NCBI GenBank assembly: GCA_963826115.1
Contig: CAWGVS010000010.1
Span: 64,001 to 128,000, forward strand
Direction: 5' to 3'
Origin: an uncultured Candidatus Rokubacteria bacterium
GTDB lineage: Bacteria; Methylomirabilota; Methylomirabilia; Rokubacteriales; DASRDR01
Length of the DNA stretch: 64,000 nucleotides
The notes beneath the pieces are model-generated. The model did not search any database. It saw only the letters and a program-made list of their open reading frames with translations, and had not been told where the DNA came from. The position numbers were made by a program, and so were the translations under genes. The stretch's first letter is position 1; the number at the start of each line of letters is the position of its first letter. Shown in pieces: positions 1-8,754 of the stretch.

Positions 1-2256
1 GAGATCCAGGGCCGCAACACCTGGCTCGTGTGGACGGGCGGCAACGACCGCTTCTGGGACACGATCGGCGTCTCGAGCTTCGGGCTCTTCGACCTGCTGA
101 AGATCCTCTCGTCGCACCCCGACAAGAGCGTCGCGCACCTGAACCGGAGCACCCGCTGGCAGTACCTCGGCCTGGTCAACGAGCCCTGCTTCGACAAGCC
201 GACCGGCCCGGACCCCCAACGCCATGGCCTGTGGCTCGACAAGCGCCGCGCCGACTGCCCGCCCGACCCGTTCGAGAACGAGGCGCGGTACCCGGGCGTT
301 CGGATCGGGGCGCGCGGCGCCAACATGCCCCTCGGCTCCTACTACGGGTACGCGTCGGGGATCGTCGGCCTTCGGCTGTTCCCGAACCCGGACTTCGACG
401 AAGCGGCCGCGAAGCGGTGGGATCCCGTCCGCTACTACGCGGACGAGTCGTACTACGACTCGAAGGACCTCGTGCGGCCGTACCGGGTCGGGATGTCGTG
501 CGCGTTCTGCCACGTCGGCCCCAACCCCATCCGCCCGCCCGCCGACCCCGAGAACCCCAAGTGGGAGAACCTCGCGTCCAACGTCGGCGCCCAGTACTAC
601 TGGGTCGACCGCATCTTCAGCTGGAAGAACGACAAGTCCAACTACATGTTCCAGCTGCTCCACACCTCCCGCCCCGGCGCCCTCGACACGTCGCTGGTGT
701 CGACCGACTACATCAACAACCCCCGCACCATGAACGCCGTGTACCTCCTCGGGCCGCGGCTCCAGGTCGGGAAGCGCTGGGGGAAGGAGACCCTCGCCGG
801 CGGCGGTCTGAGCAACGCCCAGCTGAACGACTACGTCAAGGACGGGCCGCTGACGCAGTTCTTCGAGAAGCCCGGCACGGTGTGGACGCCCCGCGTCCTG
901 AAGGACGGCTCGGACTCGGTGGGCGCGCTGGGGGCGCTGAACCGCGTCTACCTGAACATCGGTCTGTTCAGCGAGGAGTGGATGCTCCACTTCAACGCGC
1001 TCGTCGGCGGCAAGCCCATCAGCCCCATCGAGATCGCCGTCGCCCGCAAGAACTCCGCCTACTGGCTGGCGACCGAGGCCCAGACGCCGAGCCTCGCGCT
1101 CTTCTTCCTCCGCACGGCCGTGCCGCACCGCCTGAAGGATGCGCCGGGCGGGAGCGCCTACCAGACCAAGAACCAGGCGGTGCTCCGCCGCGGGAAGATC
1201 GCGTTCGCCGAGCGCTGTGCCCGCTGCCACTCGAGCAAGACGCCCGAGCCCGCCGTCGGCGTCGACCCCGGCGGCTGCGCGGGCTCCGGCTACCTGACCT
1301 GCTGGACGCGGTACTGGGAGTCGACCCAGACCGACGCCTACAAGCAGGCCATGCGCCGGATCGTCCTGGCCGACGACTTTCTCGACAACAACTACCTGTC
1401 CACCGAGCTGCGCGTGCCGGCGACCCTCCTCGAGACCAACGCGTGCAGCCCGCTCGCGACGAACGCGATCGCCGGCAACATCTGGGACAATTTCTCGTCG
1501 CAGTCCTACAAGGACCTCCCGTCGGTCGGGACCATCACCGTCCACGACCCCTTCACCGGCCAGCCGCGACCCTACCAGATGCCGGCGGGCGGCCGGGGCT
1601 ACACGCGGCCGGCGTCGCTCGTCAGCGTGTGGTCGACCGCCCCCTTCTTCCAGAACAACAGCCTCGGGCGGTTCGAGTGGAGCCCGTCGGTCGAGGCCCG
1701 GATGCGCTCGTTTCAGGACTCGGTCGAGAAGCTGCTCTGGCCGGAGCGGCGCCTCAAGGATGCGGTGCTCGGGGACAAGGTGCCGGGCCGCATCGATCGG
1801 ACGACGGACCGGAGCTACATCCGCATCGCCGCCGGCTACCTGCCGGACGAGCTCCAGCCGCTGCTCGGCCGGGCCAACCGCTACGCGCCGTGGCTCTTCG
1901 GCGCGGGCGGCATCCGGATCGGACCCATTCCGCCCGGCACGCCGGTGAACCTGATCGCCAACCTGGACCTGATGCCGGACGGGGCCGACCTGGCCGGGCG
2001 CGCCGCGCACGTGCGGAAGCTCCTGCCGCTGCTGCACGAGCTCGCGCAGGCCCTCAAGAAGGGCGGCGACTCCGCGACCGACGACGAGCTGCGCCGGAGC
2101 TTCGCCCCCGTGGTGCCGATGCTGCTCGAGATGAGCAAGTGTCCGGACTTCGTCGTCGACCGCGGCCACTACTTCGGCACGAGCCAGTTCAAGGAGGAGC
2201 CGGGCTTGAGCGACGAGGACAAGACCGCCCTGATCGAGTTCATGAAGACCTTCTAG
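1..2256 (+). CDS. Diheme c-type cytochrome-like protein (5'-partial)
   Basis: Frame open from base 1 (EIQGRNTWLVWTGGNDRFW). Two CxxCH motifs (CAFCH, CARCH). Late 'LVSVWSTAPFFQNNS' segment resembles diheme peroxidase/RoxA-like proteins. Confidence 0.75.
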   Translation, partial: EIQGRNTWLVWTGGNDRFWDTIGVSSFGLFDLLKILSSHPDKSVAHLNRSTRWQYLGLVNEPCFDKPTGPDPQRHGLWLDKRRADCPPDPFENEARYPGVRIGARGANMPLGSYYGYASGIVGLRLFPNPDFDEAAAKRWDPVRYYADESYYDSKDLVRPYRVGMSCAFCHVGPNPIRPPADPENPKWENLASNVGAQYYWVDRIFSWKNDKSNYMFQLLHTSRPGALDTSLVSTDYINNPRTMNAVYLLGPRLQVGKRWGKETLAGGGLSNAQLNDYVKDGPLTQFFEKPGTVWTPRVLKDGSDSVGALGALNRVYLNIGLFSEEWMLHFNALVGGKPISPIEIAVARKNSAYWLATEAQTPSLALFFLRTAVPHRLKDAPGGSAYQTKNQAVLRRGKIAFAERCARCHSSKTPEPAVGVDPGGCAGSGYLTCWTRYWESTQTDAYKQAMRRIVLADDFLDNNYLSTELRVPATLLETNACSPLATNAIAGNIWDNFSSQSYKDLPSVGTITVHDPFTGQPRPYQMPAGGRGYTRPASLVSVWSTAPFFQNNSLGRFEWSPSVEARMRSFQDSVEKLLWPERRLKDAVLGDKVPGRIDRTTDRSYIRIAAGYLPDELQPLLGRANRYAPWLFGAGGIRIGPIPPGTPVNLIANLDLMPDGADLAGRAAHVRKLLPLLHELAQALKKGGDSATDDELRRSFAPVVPMLLEMSKCPDFVVDRGHYFGTSQFKEEPGLSDEDKTALIEFMKTF

Positions 2257-2271
2257 CCGGCGCGGACTCCC

Positions 2272-4167
2272 ATGGACCCCGTGGCATCGCGTTCCGCGGA
2301 TTGCGAGTACGTGGTGGTCGGCTCGGGCGCCGGCGGCGGCACGCTCGCCGCCCGGCTGGCCGAGGCGGGTCGCACCGTCGTGCTGCTCGAGGCCGGCGGG
2401 GACCCGCGCCGCCTGGCCGGCGGCGACCCCCTCGACCCGGGCGGCAATCGCCTGCCCGACTCGTACGACGTCCCGGCCTTCCACGCGTTCGCGTCGGAGA
2501 ACGAGGCGCTGGCGTGGAACTTCTTCGTCCGCCACTACGAGAGCGACGCGCGGCAGCGCGAGGACCCGAAGTACCGGGAGACGTGGGAGGGCAGGAAGGT
2601 CGACGGCGTCCTGTACCCGCGCGCGGCGGCGCTCGGCGGTTGCACCGCGCACAACGCGCTGATCTTCGTCTCCCCCCACGACGCCGACTGGGACGGCATC
2701 GCCGCGCTAACCGGCGACCCCTCGTGGAGCGCGGCACGGATGCGCCGGTACTTCCAGCGGCTCGAGAACTGCCGCCACCGCCCGGTGTATCGCGTCCTGG
2801 CCCGGCTGGGCCTCGACCCCACGGGGCATGGCTGGAACGGCTGGCTCCACACCGAGCGCGCGGACATCCGGCCGGTCTTCCGCGACCGGGCCCTGAAGAA
2901 GGTGATGAAGCGGTCGGCGCGCCAGGCGCTCCGCGACGTCGCCCCGCCGTTCACGCGGCTCTGGTGGCTGCTCCAGGGCAAGGCCGACCCGAACGACTGG
3001 CGGCTCGTGCGGAACAACGCCGTGGGGATCGGCTACCTGCCGCACACCACGCGCGAGCACGCGCGGATGGGCGCGCGCGAGCGGGTCCTGAGCGTGGCCG
3101 CCCGCCATCCCGACCGGCTGCGGGTCGAGCTGAACGCCCTGGCGACGCGCGTGCTCTTCGACGCGGAGCAGCGGGCGGTCGGCGTCGAGTACCTGTCGGG
3201 CGAGCGGCTCTACCGGGCGCACGGCGATCCGAGCCGCGAGGCGGGGGAGCGCCGCGAGGTCCGCGCGTCGGCGGAGGTCATCCTGGCGGGGGGCGCGTTC
3301 AACACGCCCCAGCTCCTCATGCTGTCGGGCGTCGGCCCCCCCGAGGTCCTGGAGCGCCACGGCGTCCCCGTCCGGGTGGCGCTTCCCGGCGTCGGCCGGA
3401 ACCTCCAGGACCGCTACGAGATCGGCGTGGTGAGCCGCATGGCCTTCGACCGCTGGAAGGTGCTGGAGGGGGCCCGTTTCGCGCGCGGGGACCCGCAATA
3501 CCGCGAGTGGGCGAACCGCCGGCGCGGCGTGTACGCGAGCAACGGCGCGATCCTCGGGGCGATCGCGCGCTCGTCCCCGGCGCGCCCGCTCCCGGACCTC
3601 TACTGCTTCGGGCTCCTGGCGCGGTTCGAGGGCTATTTTCCCGGGTACTCGAAGCCCATCGCCGAGCGCCAGGACTACCTCACGTGGGCCATCCTCAAGG
3701 CGCACACCGCCAACCGCGCGGGCGAGGTGACGCTCCGCTCCGCCGATCCGCGGGAGCCGCCCCACGTCAACTTCCGGTACTTCGACGAGGGGAGCGACCG
3801 GGCGGGGGAGGACCTCGAGTCGGTCGTCTCGGGGATCCGCCTCGCCCGGCGCATCAACGCGCGGCTCGAGCGGGCGGGGCTCGTCGCCGAGGAGGAAGAG
3901 CCCGGCGCGCGCGTCCAGTCGGACGGCGAGCTGCGCGACTACGTGCGGGCCCGGGCGTGGGGTCACCACGCCGCCTGCACGTGCCCGATCGGCCCGCGGG
4001 AGCGCGGCGGCGTGCTGACCTCCGACTTCCGCGTGCACGGCACCCGGGGGCTCCGCGTGGTCGACGCGTCCGTGTTCCCGAGGATCCCCGGCTTCTTTCC
4101 GGTCAGCGCGATCTACATGGTCGCCGAGAAGGCGGCCGACGACATCCTCGCCCCGGCGGGCCGGTGA
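2272..4167 (+). CDS. GMC-family FAD oxidoreductase
   Basis: VVVGSGAGG dinucleotide motif, LGGCTAHNA, EVILAGGAFNTPQLLMLSGVG, VGRNLQD, C-terminal HHAACTC...GLRVVDASVFP. Confidence 0.92.
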   Translation: MDPVASRSADCEYVVVGSGAGGGTLAARLAEAGRTVVLLEAGGDPRRLAGGDPLDPGGNRLPDSYDVPAFHAFASENEALAWNFFVRHYESDARQREDPKYRETWEGRKVDGVLYPRAAALGGCTAHNALIFVSPHDADWDGIAALTGDPSWSAARMRRYFQRLENCRHRPVYRVLARLGLDPTGHGWNGWLHTERADIRPVFRDRALKKVMKRSARQALRDVAPPFTRLWWLLQGKADPNDWRLVRNNAVGIGYLPHTTREHARMGARERVLSVAARHPDRLRVELNALATRVLFDAEQRAVGVEYLSGERLYRAHGDPSREAGERREVRASAEVILAGGAFNTPQLLMLSGVGPPEVLERHGVPVRVALPGVGRNLQDRYEIGVVSRMAFDRWKVLEGARFARGDPQYREWANRRRGVYASNGAILGAIARSSPARPLPDLYCFGLLARFEGYFPGYSKPIAERQDYLTWAILKAHTANRAGEVTLRSADPREPPHVNFRYFDEGSDRAGEDLESVVSGIRLARRINARLERAGLVAEEEEPGARVQSDGELRDYVRARAWGHHAACTCPIGPRERGGVLTSDFRVHGTRGLRVVDASVFPRIPGFFPVSAIYMVAEKAADDILAPAGR

Positions 4168-4209
4168 CGGCGCGGCGCGGGCGGTCAGACCACAGAGGAG
4201 GCTGCCGAG

Positions 4210-4641
4210 ATGGGATATGACGTGCCCCAGCTCTTGACGATGTCCCAGAAGGAGCTCGATGACCTGTTCACGCGAAGCGCGCCGGGCGACATCCCCGACG
4301 GCGAGGCCGAGGGGACCGCGATCGTGGCCCCGGGGACGACCTACAGCGGCGACATCGCCAAGATCCTCAACCACTTCGCCTGGCAGGGGAAGACCTTCGA
4401 CGCGGCGAAGGGGCAGCTGAAGAACCGGATCCTGCCGTTCGGGCTCAACGCCATCATCGCGCGGATCTACAAGGAGCCGAGCTGGCTCGACGGCAAGGAG
4501 TGCATCGTCCTCGACTACTCGGACACCTCGCTGGTGGCGCAGTGGATCCGCGACGAGATCCGCCAGATCGGGCCCGGGCTCTACCTGGGCAAGGTCTACT
4601 GGAACAAGAAGCGCCTCATCGATTTCGCGCTCAAGTTCTGA
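4210..4641 (+). CDS. Conserved hypothetical protein (143 aa)
   Basis: Strong RBS GAGGAGG, protein-like composition, operonic position. Confidence 0.8.
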   Translation: MGYDVPQLLTMSQKELDDLFTRSAPGDIPDGEAEGTAIVAPGTTYSGDIAKILNHFAWQGKTFDAAKGQLKNRILPFGLNAIIARIYKEPSWLDGKECIVLDYSDTSLVAQWIRDEIRQIGPGLYLGKVYWNKKRLIDFALKF

Positions 4642-4648
4642 GGGTCCC

Positions 4649-5950
4649 GTGACCCCGCAATCGAGCTTCGCGGTGGTGGCGCCGGTCGAGACGGGCCGGG
4701 TGGAGGCCCTGCGGACCCTCCTCGCCACCATGAACCACCGGCCGGGGGTGGTGGACCCGGAGAACGCGCTCGTGCCGTTCGGCCGGTTCGAGCAGATCCA
4801 CTTCGCCCGCTTCGTCGTCCTCGACGACCCGACCGCCGACGACATCGCGGCCCACGGCGTCACGCCGCCTCGCTTTCCCGTGGCACTCGCCTTCGTCGGG
4901 GATTGCGACGGGCCCGCCGAGGAGTGTCTCGCCGACCTCGCGGCGCGGGCTGGGCCGGGCCTCCGGCGCATCTTCGCGCACTGCCGCGGGCTGCCGGCGG
5001 ACGGAGACCTCGGCGCCTGGCTCAGGGCGCATGACGTCCCGGCGGCGACGCACTACGTGAACTGGGTGGGGCGCACGGTGGGGCAGGCTCGCGAGGAGAG
5101 CGCCCTCCGCCGGGCGCTCGAGGCGTACCTGGACGCGAACGCCCGCGCGCTCGCGTCGCGTGCGCCCGCCCAGGTCTTCGACGACCTGCGGGCCTTCGTC
5201 GCGCGGGAGCGCCAGGCCGGCCGCCTGAGCCTGACGCCCCCGGCACCGACCCCGGGCGCCTGGCGCCTCCGGAAACTCGTCCACCTGGTCGGCGTGCCCC
5301 TCGTCCTGCTGCTCGCCGCCCCGCTCCTCCTCGTGTACCTCCCGATCTTCGCGATCGTCCTCCGGCGCCGCGAGCGGTCCGACCCGGAGATCGCGCCGCG
5401 CCCGGATCCCGAGCACGTCAAGCGCCTCGCCGACCTCGAGGACCACGACATCACCAACCAGTTCAGCGCCATGGGCACGCTGAAGCCGGGCCTGTTCCGC
5501 CGGACGACGCTGGTCTTCGTGCTCTGGATCGTCGCCTACACGACGCGGCACATCTACACGCACGGGTTCCTCGCGCGGGTCGGGACGATCCACTTCGCGC
5601 GGTGGACCTTCCTGGACGGCAAGCGCCGGCTCCTGTTCGCCAGCAACTACGACGGGAGCCTGGAGAGCTACATGGACGACTTCATCAACAAGGTGGCCTT
5701 CGGGCTGAACGTCGTGTTCACGAACGGCGTGGGCTACCCGCGCACGCGCTGGCTCGCGCTCGACGGCGCCAAGGACGAGCAGAAGTTCAAGTACTTCATC
5801 CGCCGGCACGAGCTGGCCACCGAGGTCTGGTACAACGCGAACCCCGGTCTCACGGCCGTCGAGCTCGAGCGGAACGGCCGCATCCGCGCGGGCCTCGAGC
5901 GGCCGACGATGACCGACGCCGAGGCGCGCGAGTGGCTGCGGCTCCTGTGA
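4649..5950 (+). CDS. Peroxidase-associated hypothetical membrane protein with duplicated IHFAR domain
   Basis: IHFARF near the N-terminus and IHFARW...LLFASNYDGSLESYMDDF near the C-terminus, with a hydrophobic helix between. GTG start 8 nt after the previous stop. Confidence 0.75.
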   Translation: MTPQSSFAVVAPVETGRVEALRTLLATMNHRPGVVDPENALVPFGRFEQIHFARFVVLDDPTADDIAAHGVTPPRFPVALAFVGDCDGPAEECLADLAARAGPGLRRIFAHCRGLPADGDLGAWLRAHDVPAATHYVNWVGRTVGQAREESALRRALEAYLDANARALASRAPAQVFDDLRAFVARERQAGRLSLTPPAPTPGAWRLRKLVHLVGVPLVLLLAAPLLLVYLPIFAIVLRRRERSDPEIAPRPDPEHVKRLADLEDHDITNQFSAMGTLKPGLFRRTTLVFVLWIVAYTTRHIYTHGFLARVGTIHFARWTFLDGKRRLLFASNYDGSLESYMDDFINKVAFGLNVVFTNGVGYPRTRWLALDGAKDEQKFKYFIRRHELATEVWYNANPGLTAVELERNGRIRAGLERPTMTDAEAREWLRLL

Positions 5951-5963
5951 GGGAGGCCCGACG

Positions 5964-7454
5964 ATGACAGGGGACGCGGTCGACTACGGCGACGTCCAGG
6001 GGCTCGTGCGCTACGCCTACGCGCACATGACCGAGGCGCGCTTCCTCCTCGTCCGCGTGGCGGACCCCGCGGCCGCGCGCGCGTGGCTGCGCGCCGCGCC
6101 CGTCACGACGGCCGCCCGGTCGGCGCCGCGGCCGACCACGGCGCTCCAGGTGGCCTTCACGCGCGAGGGGCTCGAGGCGCTCGGCGTGCCCGCCGGCGTC
6201 CTCCAGGGGTTCTCCGCGGAGTTCCAGTCGGGGATGGCCGGAGAGGAGAGCCGGTCCCGCCGCCTCGGCGACGTCGGGGTCAGCAGCCCGGCCGAGTGGC
6301 AGTGGGGCGGGCCCGGGGCGGTGCCGCACGCCGTCGTGATGCTGTACGCCGAGCTCGGCCGGCTGGAGCCCTGGACGTCGTCGGTGACCCGCGACCCCTG
6401 GAACGCGGCATTCCGGGTGCTGCCCAGCCCGCCGCCGATCCCGCTCGATCGCCTGGAGCCGTTCGGCTTCGTCGACGGCATCAGCCAGCCCGTCCTCGAC
6501 TGGGCCCAGCGCCGCATCGTCGACGGGCGCGACCAGATCGAGTACGGGAACGTCCTGTCGCTCGGCGAGGTCCTGCTCGGCTACCCGAACGAGTACGGCA
6601 AGGTCACCGACCGCCCGCTGATCGACGGCGGGAACGCGCGGGGCGCCGGCCTCCCGGCCGCTACCGGCGCGCCCGGTCAGGCCGACCTGGGGCTGAACGG
6701 CAGCTATCTCGTCGTCCGCCAGCTCCGCCAGGACGTCGACGGCTTCTGGCAGTTCCTGCGCCGGCAGGGGAACGGCGACCCGCAGGCCGGTCAGGTGCTC
6801 GCGGAGGCCATGGTGGGCCGCGCGCTCACCGGCGAGCCGCTGCTCGCCGCCGGCGGGCCGCCCATCGCGGGCGTCGACGCCCGCACGCCCGACGAGGTCC
6901 GGTACAACCAGTTCACCTTCGACGCCGACGCGAACGGCACCCGGTGCCCGATCGGCGCCCACATCCGGCGGGCGAACCCGCGGAACGCCGACGTACCCGG
7001 CCGGCCGTCCGGGCTCCTCGGCCGGCTGGTCCGCACCCTCGGCTTCGGCCGGAAGAGCTTCCGCGAGGACGCGGTCGCCTCGGCCCGTTTCCACCGCCTC
7101 CTGCGGCGCGGGCGCGCGTACGGCCCCTGGCCGCCGGGAACAGCCGGCGACGGCGAGCGCGGCATCTACTTCATCGCGCTCAACGGGAACATCGCGCGCC
7201 AGTTCGAGTTCGTGCAGAGCGCCTGGATGATGGGCACCAAGTTCGACGGGCTCGGCGAGGAGAGCGACCCCCTCATCGGCGCGCGCGACCCCCTGCCGGG
7301 GTGCCCGGTCACGAGCGTGTTCTCGCTCCCCCAGGCCGGCGGGCTCCGGCGCCGCGTCACGGGCCTCCCGCGGTTCGTCACGGTCCGGGGCGGCGCGTAC
7401 TTCTTCCTGCCGGGGCTGCGCGCGCTCCGCTACCTCACGAGCTTCGGGAGCTGA
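5964..7454 (+). CDS. Dyp-type peroxidase
   Basis: DVQG, FGFVDGISQP (GxxDG), proximal PIGAHIRRANPR, distal LLRRGRAYG, C-terminal GGAYFFLPG. RBS GGAGG. Confidence 0.9.
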   Translation: MTGDAVDYGDVQGLVRYAYAHMTEARFLLVRVADPAAARAWLRAAPVTTAARSAPRPTTALQVAFTREGLEALGVPAGVLQGFSAEFQSGMAGEESRSRRLGDVGVSSPAEWQWGGPGAVPHAVVMLYAELGRLEPWTSSVTRDPWNAAFRVLPSPPPIPLDRLEPFGFVDGISQPVLDWAQRRIVDGRDQIEYGNVLSLGEVLLGYPNEYGKVTDRPLIDGGNARGAGLPAATGAPGQADLGLNGSYLVVRQLRQDVDGFWQFLRRQGNGDPQAGQVLAEAMVGRALTGEPLLAAGGPPIAGVDARTPDEVRYNQFTFDADANGTRCPIGAHIRRANPRNADVPGRPSGLLGRLVRTLGFGRKSFREDAVASARFHRLLRRGRAYGPWPPGTAGDGERGIYFIALNGNIARQFEFVQSAWMMGTKFDGLGEESDPLIGARDPLPGCPVTSVFSLPQAGGLRRRVTGLPRFVTVRGGAYFFLPGLRALRYLTSFGS

Positions 7455-7518
7455 CCATCCGTACCGGCGATGGGGCCCTGGCACTCCGGACGGCGCGGCC
7501 GAGACGGGAGAGAGCCGG

Positions 7519-8754
7519 GTGCTGCTGAAGAGGTTCCACGACGCGGCCCTCGAGCTGATGAAGCTGGAGCGCCGCGTCGATCCGTTCTTCCGCCCGCCGC
7601 TCGACGCCATCTTCCAGGAGCCCGTGGCCTGGTTCCTCCAGGTCCTGATCAACCGCCGCCGCCCGGCCGAGGGGCTCGCGCTCGCCGAGGAGAGGCTTCT
7701 GCCCGGCGAGGACGCCTTTCTCGACTCGATCATCCGGGACATGGCCGCCTACATGCGCGCGCACTACGCGCCGGGCGGGTTCCAGCGCGCGGGGAACACG
7801 AAGACGCACGGCGTGCTCCGCGGCGAGTTCACCGTGCGTCCCGACGTGCCGGTCGAGTGGCGGCACGGCGTTCTCGCCGAGCCCCGGACCTTCCGGGCCT
7901 GGGTCCGGTTCGCCGGGCCCGGACCGGCGAGCCCACCAGACATCGAGGAGGTCGGCGTCCTCAGCATCGGCGTCAAGCTGATGGGCGTACCGGGCCCGAA
8001 GCTCCTCGACGACGAGCGCTTCACGCAGGACTTCACGGGCATCAGCGCCCCCACCTTCACGACGCCCGACGTGCGCGAGAACGCGAAGCTCCAGGCCGCG
8101 AGTCTTCGCGGAACGCCGCTCTTCTACTTCATCAACCCGTTCGACTCCCACCTGCTGGACGGGCTCATGCAGGGGCTGTGGGCGCGGACGCAGACCAGTC
8201 CGCTCGAGACCCCGTACTGGGGCTGCGTGCCCTTCCTCCTCGGCGAGGGGCGCGCCATGCAGTACTCCTTCCGCCCGCGGCTGACGACGCGGAGCCGGGT
8301 GCCGCGCCTGCCGCGGCGGCCGCCCGACCACTACCTCCGCGAGGCCATGGCGGCCACGCTCGCGCGGCAGGACGTCGAGTTCGACTTCCTGATCCAGATC
8401 CAGACCGACGCCCACCGCATGCCCATCGAGCACGCGTCGGTCCGCTGGCCGGAGCGGCTCTCGCGCCCGGTGCCGGTGGCGACGCTGCGGCTCCCGCGCC
8501 AGACGTTCGACTCCCCCGCTCAGCTCGCGTTCGCCCACAACCTCTCCTTCAATCCCTGGCACACGGTCGCCGCCCACCGGCCCCTCGGGAACCAGAACCG
8601 GGGCCGCCGGCGCCTCTACGTGGAGCTCTCGCGGCTCCGGCAGTCCATGAACGCCACGCCGCACGTGGAGCCGACCGGCGACGAGATGTTCGAGCATGCC
8701 GCGCGCGGGTCCGACGGGCCGCCCGACCGGACGCGTCCACGGAGTCGAGCGTGA
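7519..8754 (+). CDS. Catalase-related heme protein (small catalase-like family)
   Basis: RAGNTKTHG..RGEF, AWVRFA, IGVKL, LSFNPWH, HRPLGNQNRGRRRLY (proximal RxxxY Tyr). Start codon uncertain. Confidence 0.85.
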   Translation: MLLKRFHDAALELMKLERRVDPFFRPPLDAIFQEPVAWFLQVLINRRRPAEGLALAEERLLPGEDAFLDSIIRDMAAYMRAHYAPGGFQRAGNTKTHGVLRGEFTVRPDVPVEWRHGVLAEPRTFRAWVRFAGPGPASPPDIEEVGVLSIGVKLMGVPGPKLLDDERFTQDFTGISAPTFTTPDVRENAKLQAASLRGTPLFYFINPFDSHLLDGLMQGLWARTQTSPLETPYWGCVPFLLGEGRAMQYSFRPRLTTRSRVPRLPRRPPDHYLREAMAATLARQDVEFDFLIQIQTDAHRMPIEHASVRWPERLSRPVPVATLRLPRQTFDSPAQLAFAHNLSFNPWHTVAAHRPLGNQNRGRRRLYVELSRLRQSMNATPHVEPTGDEMFEHAARGSDGPPDRTRPRSRA

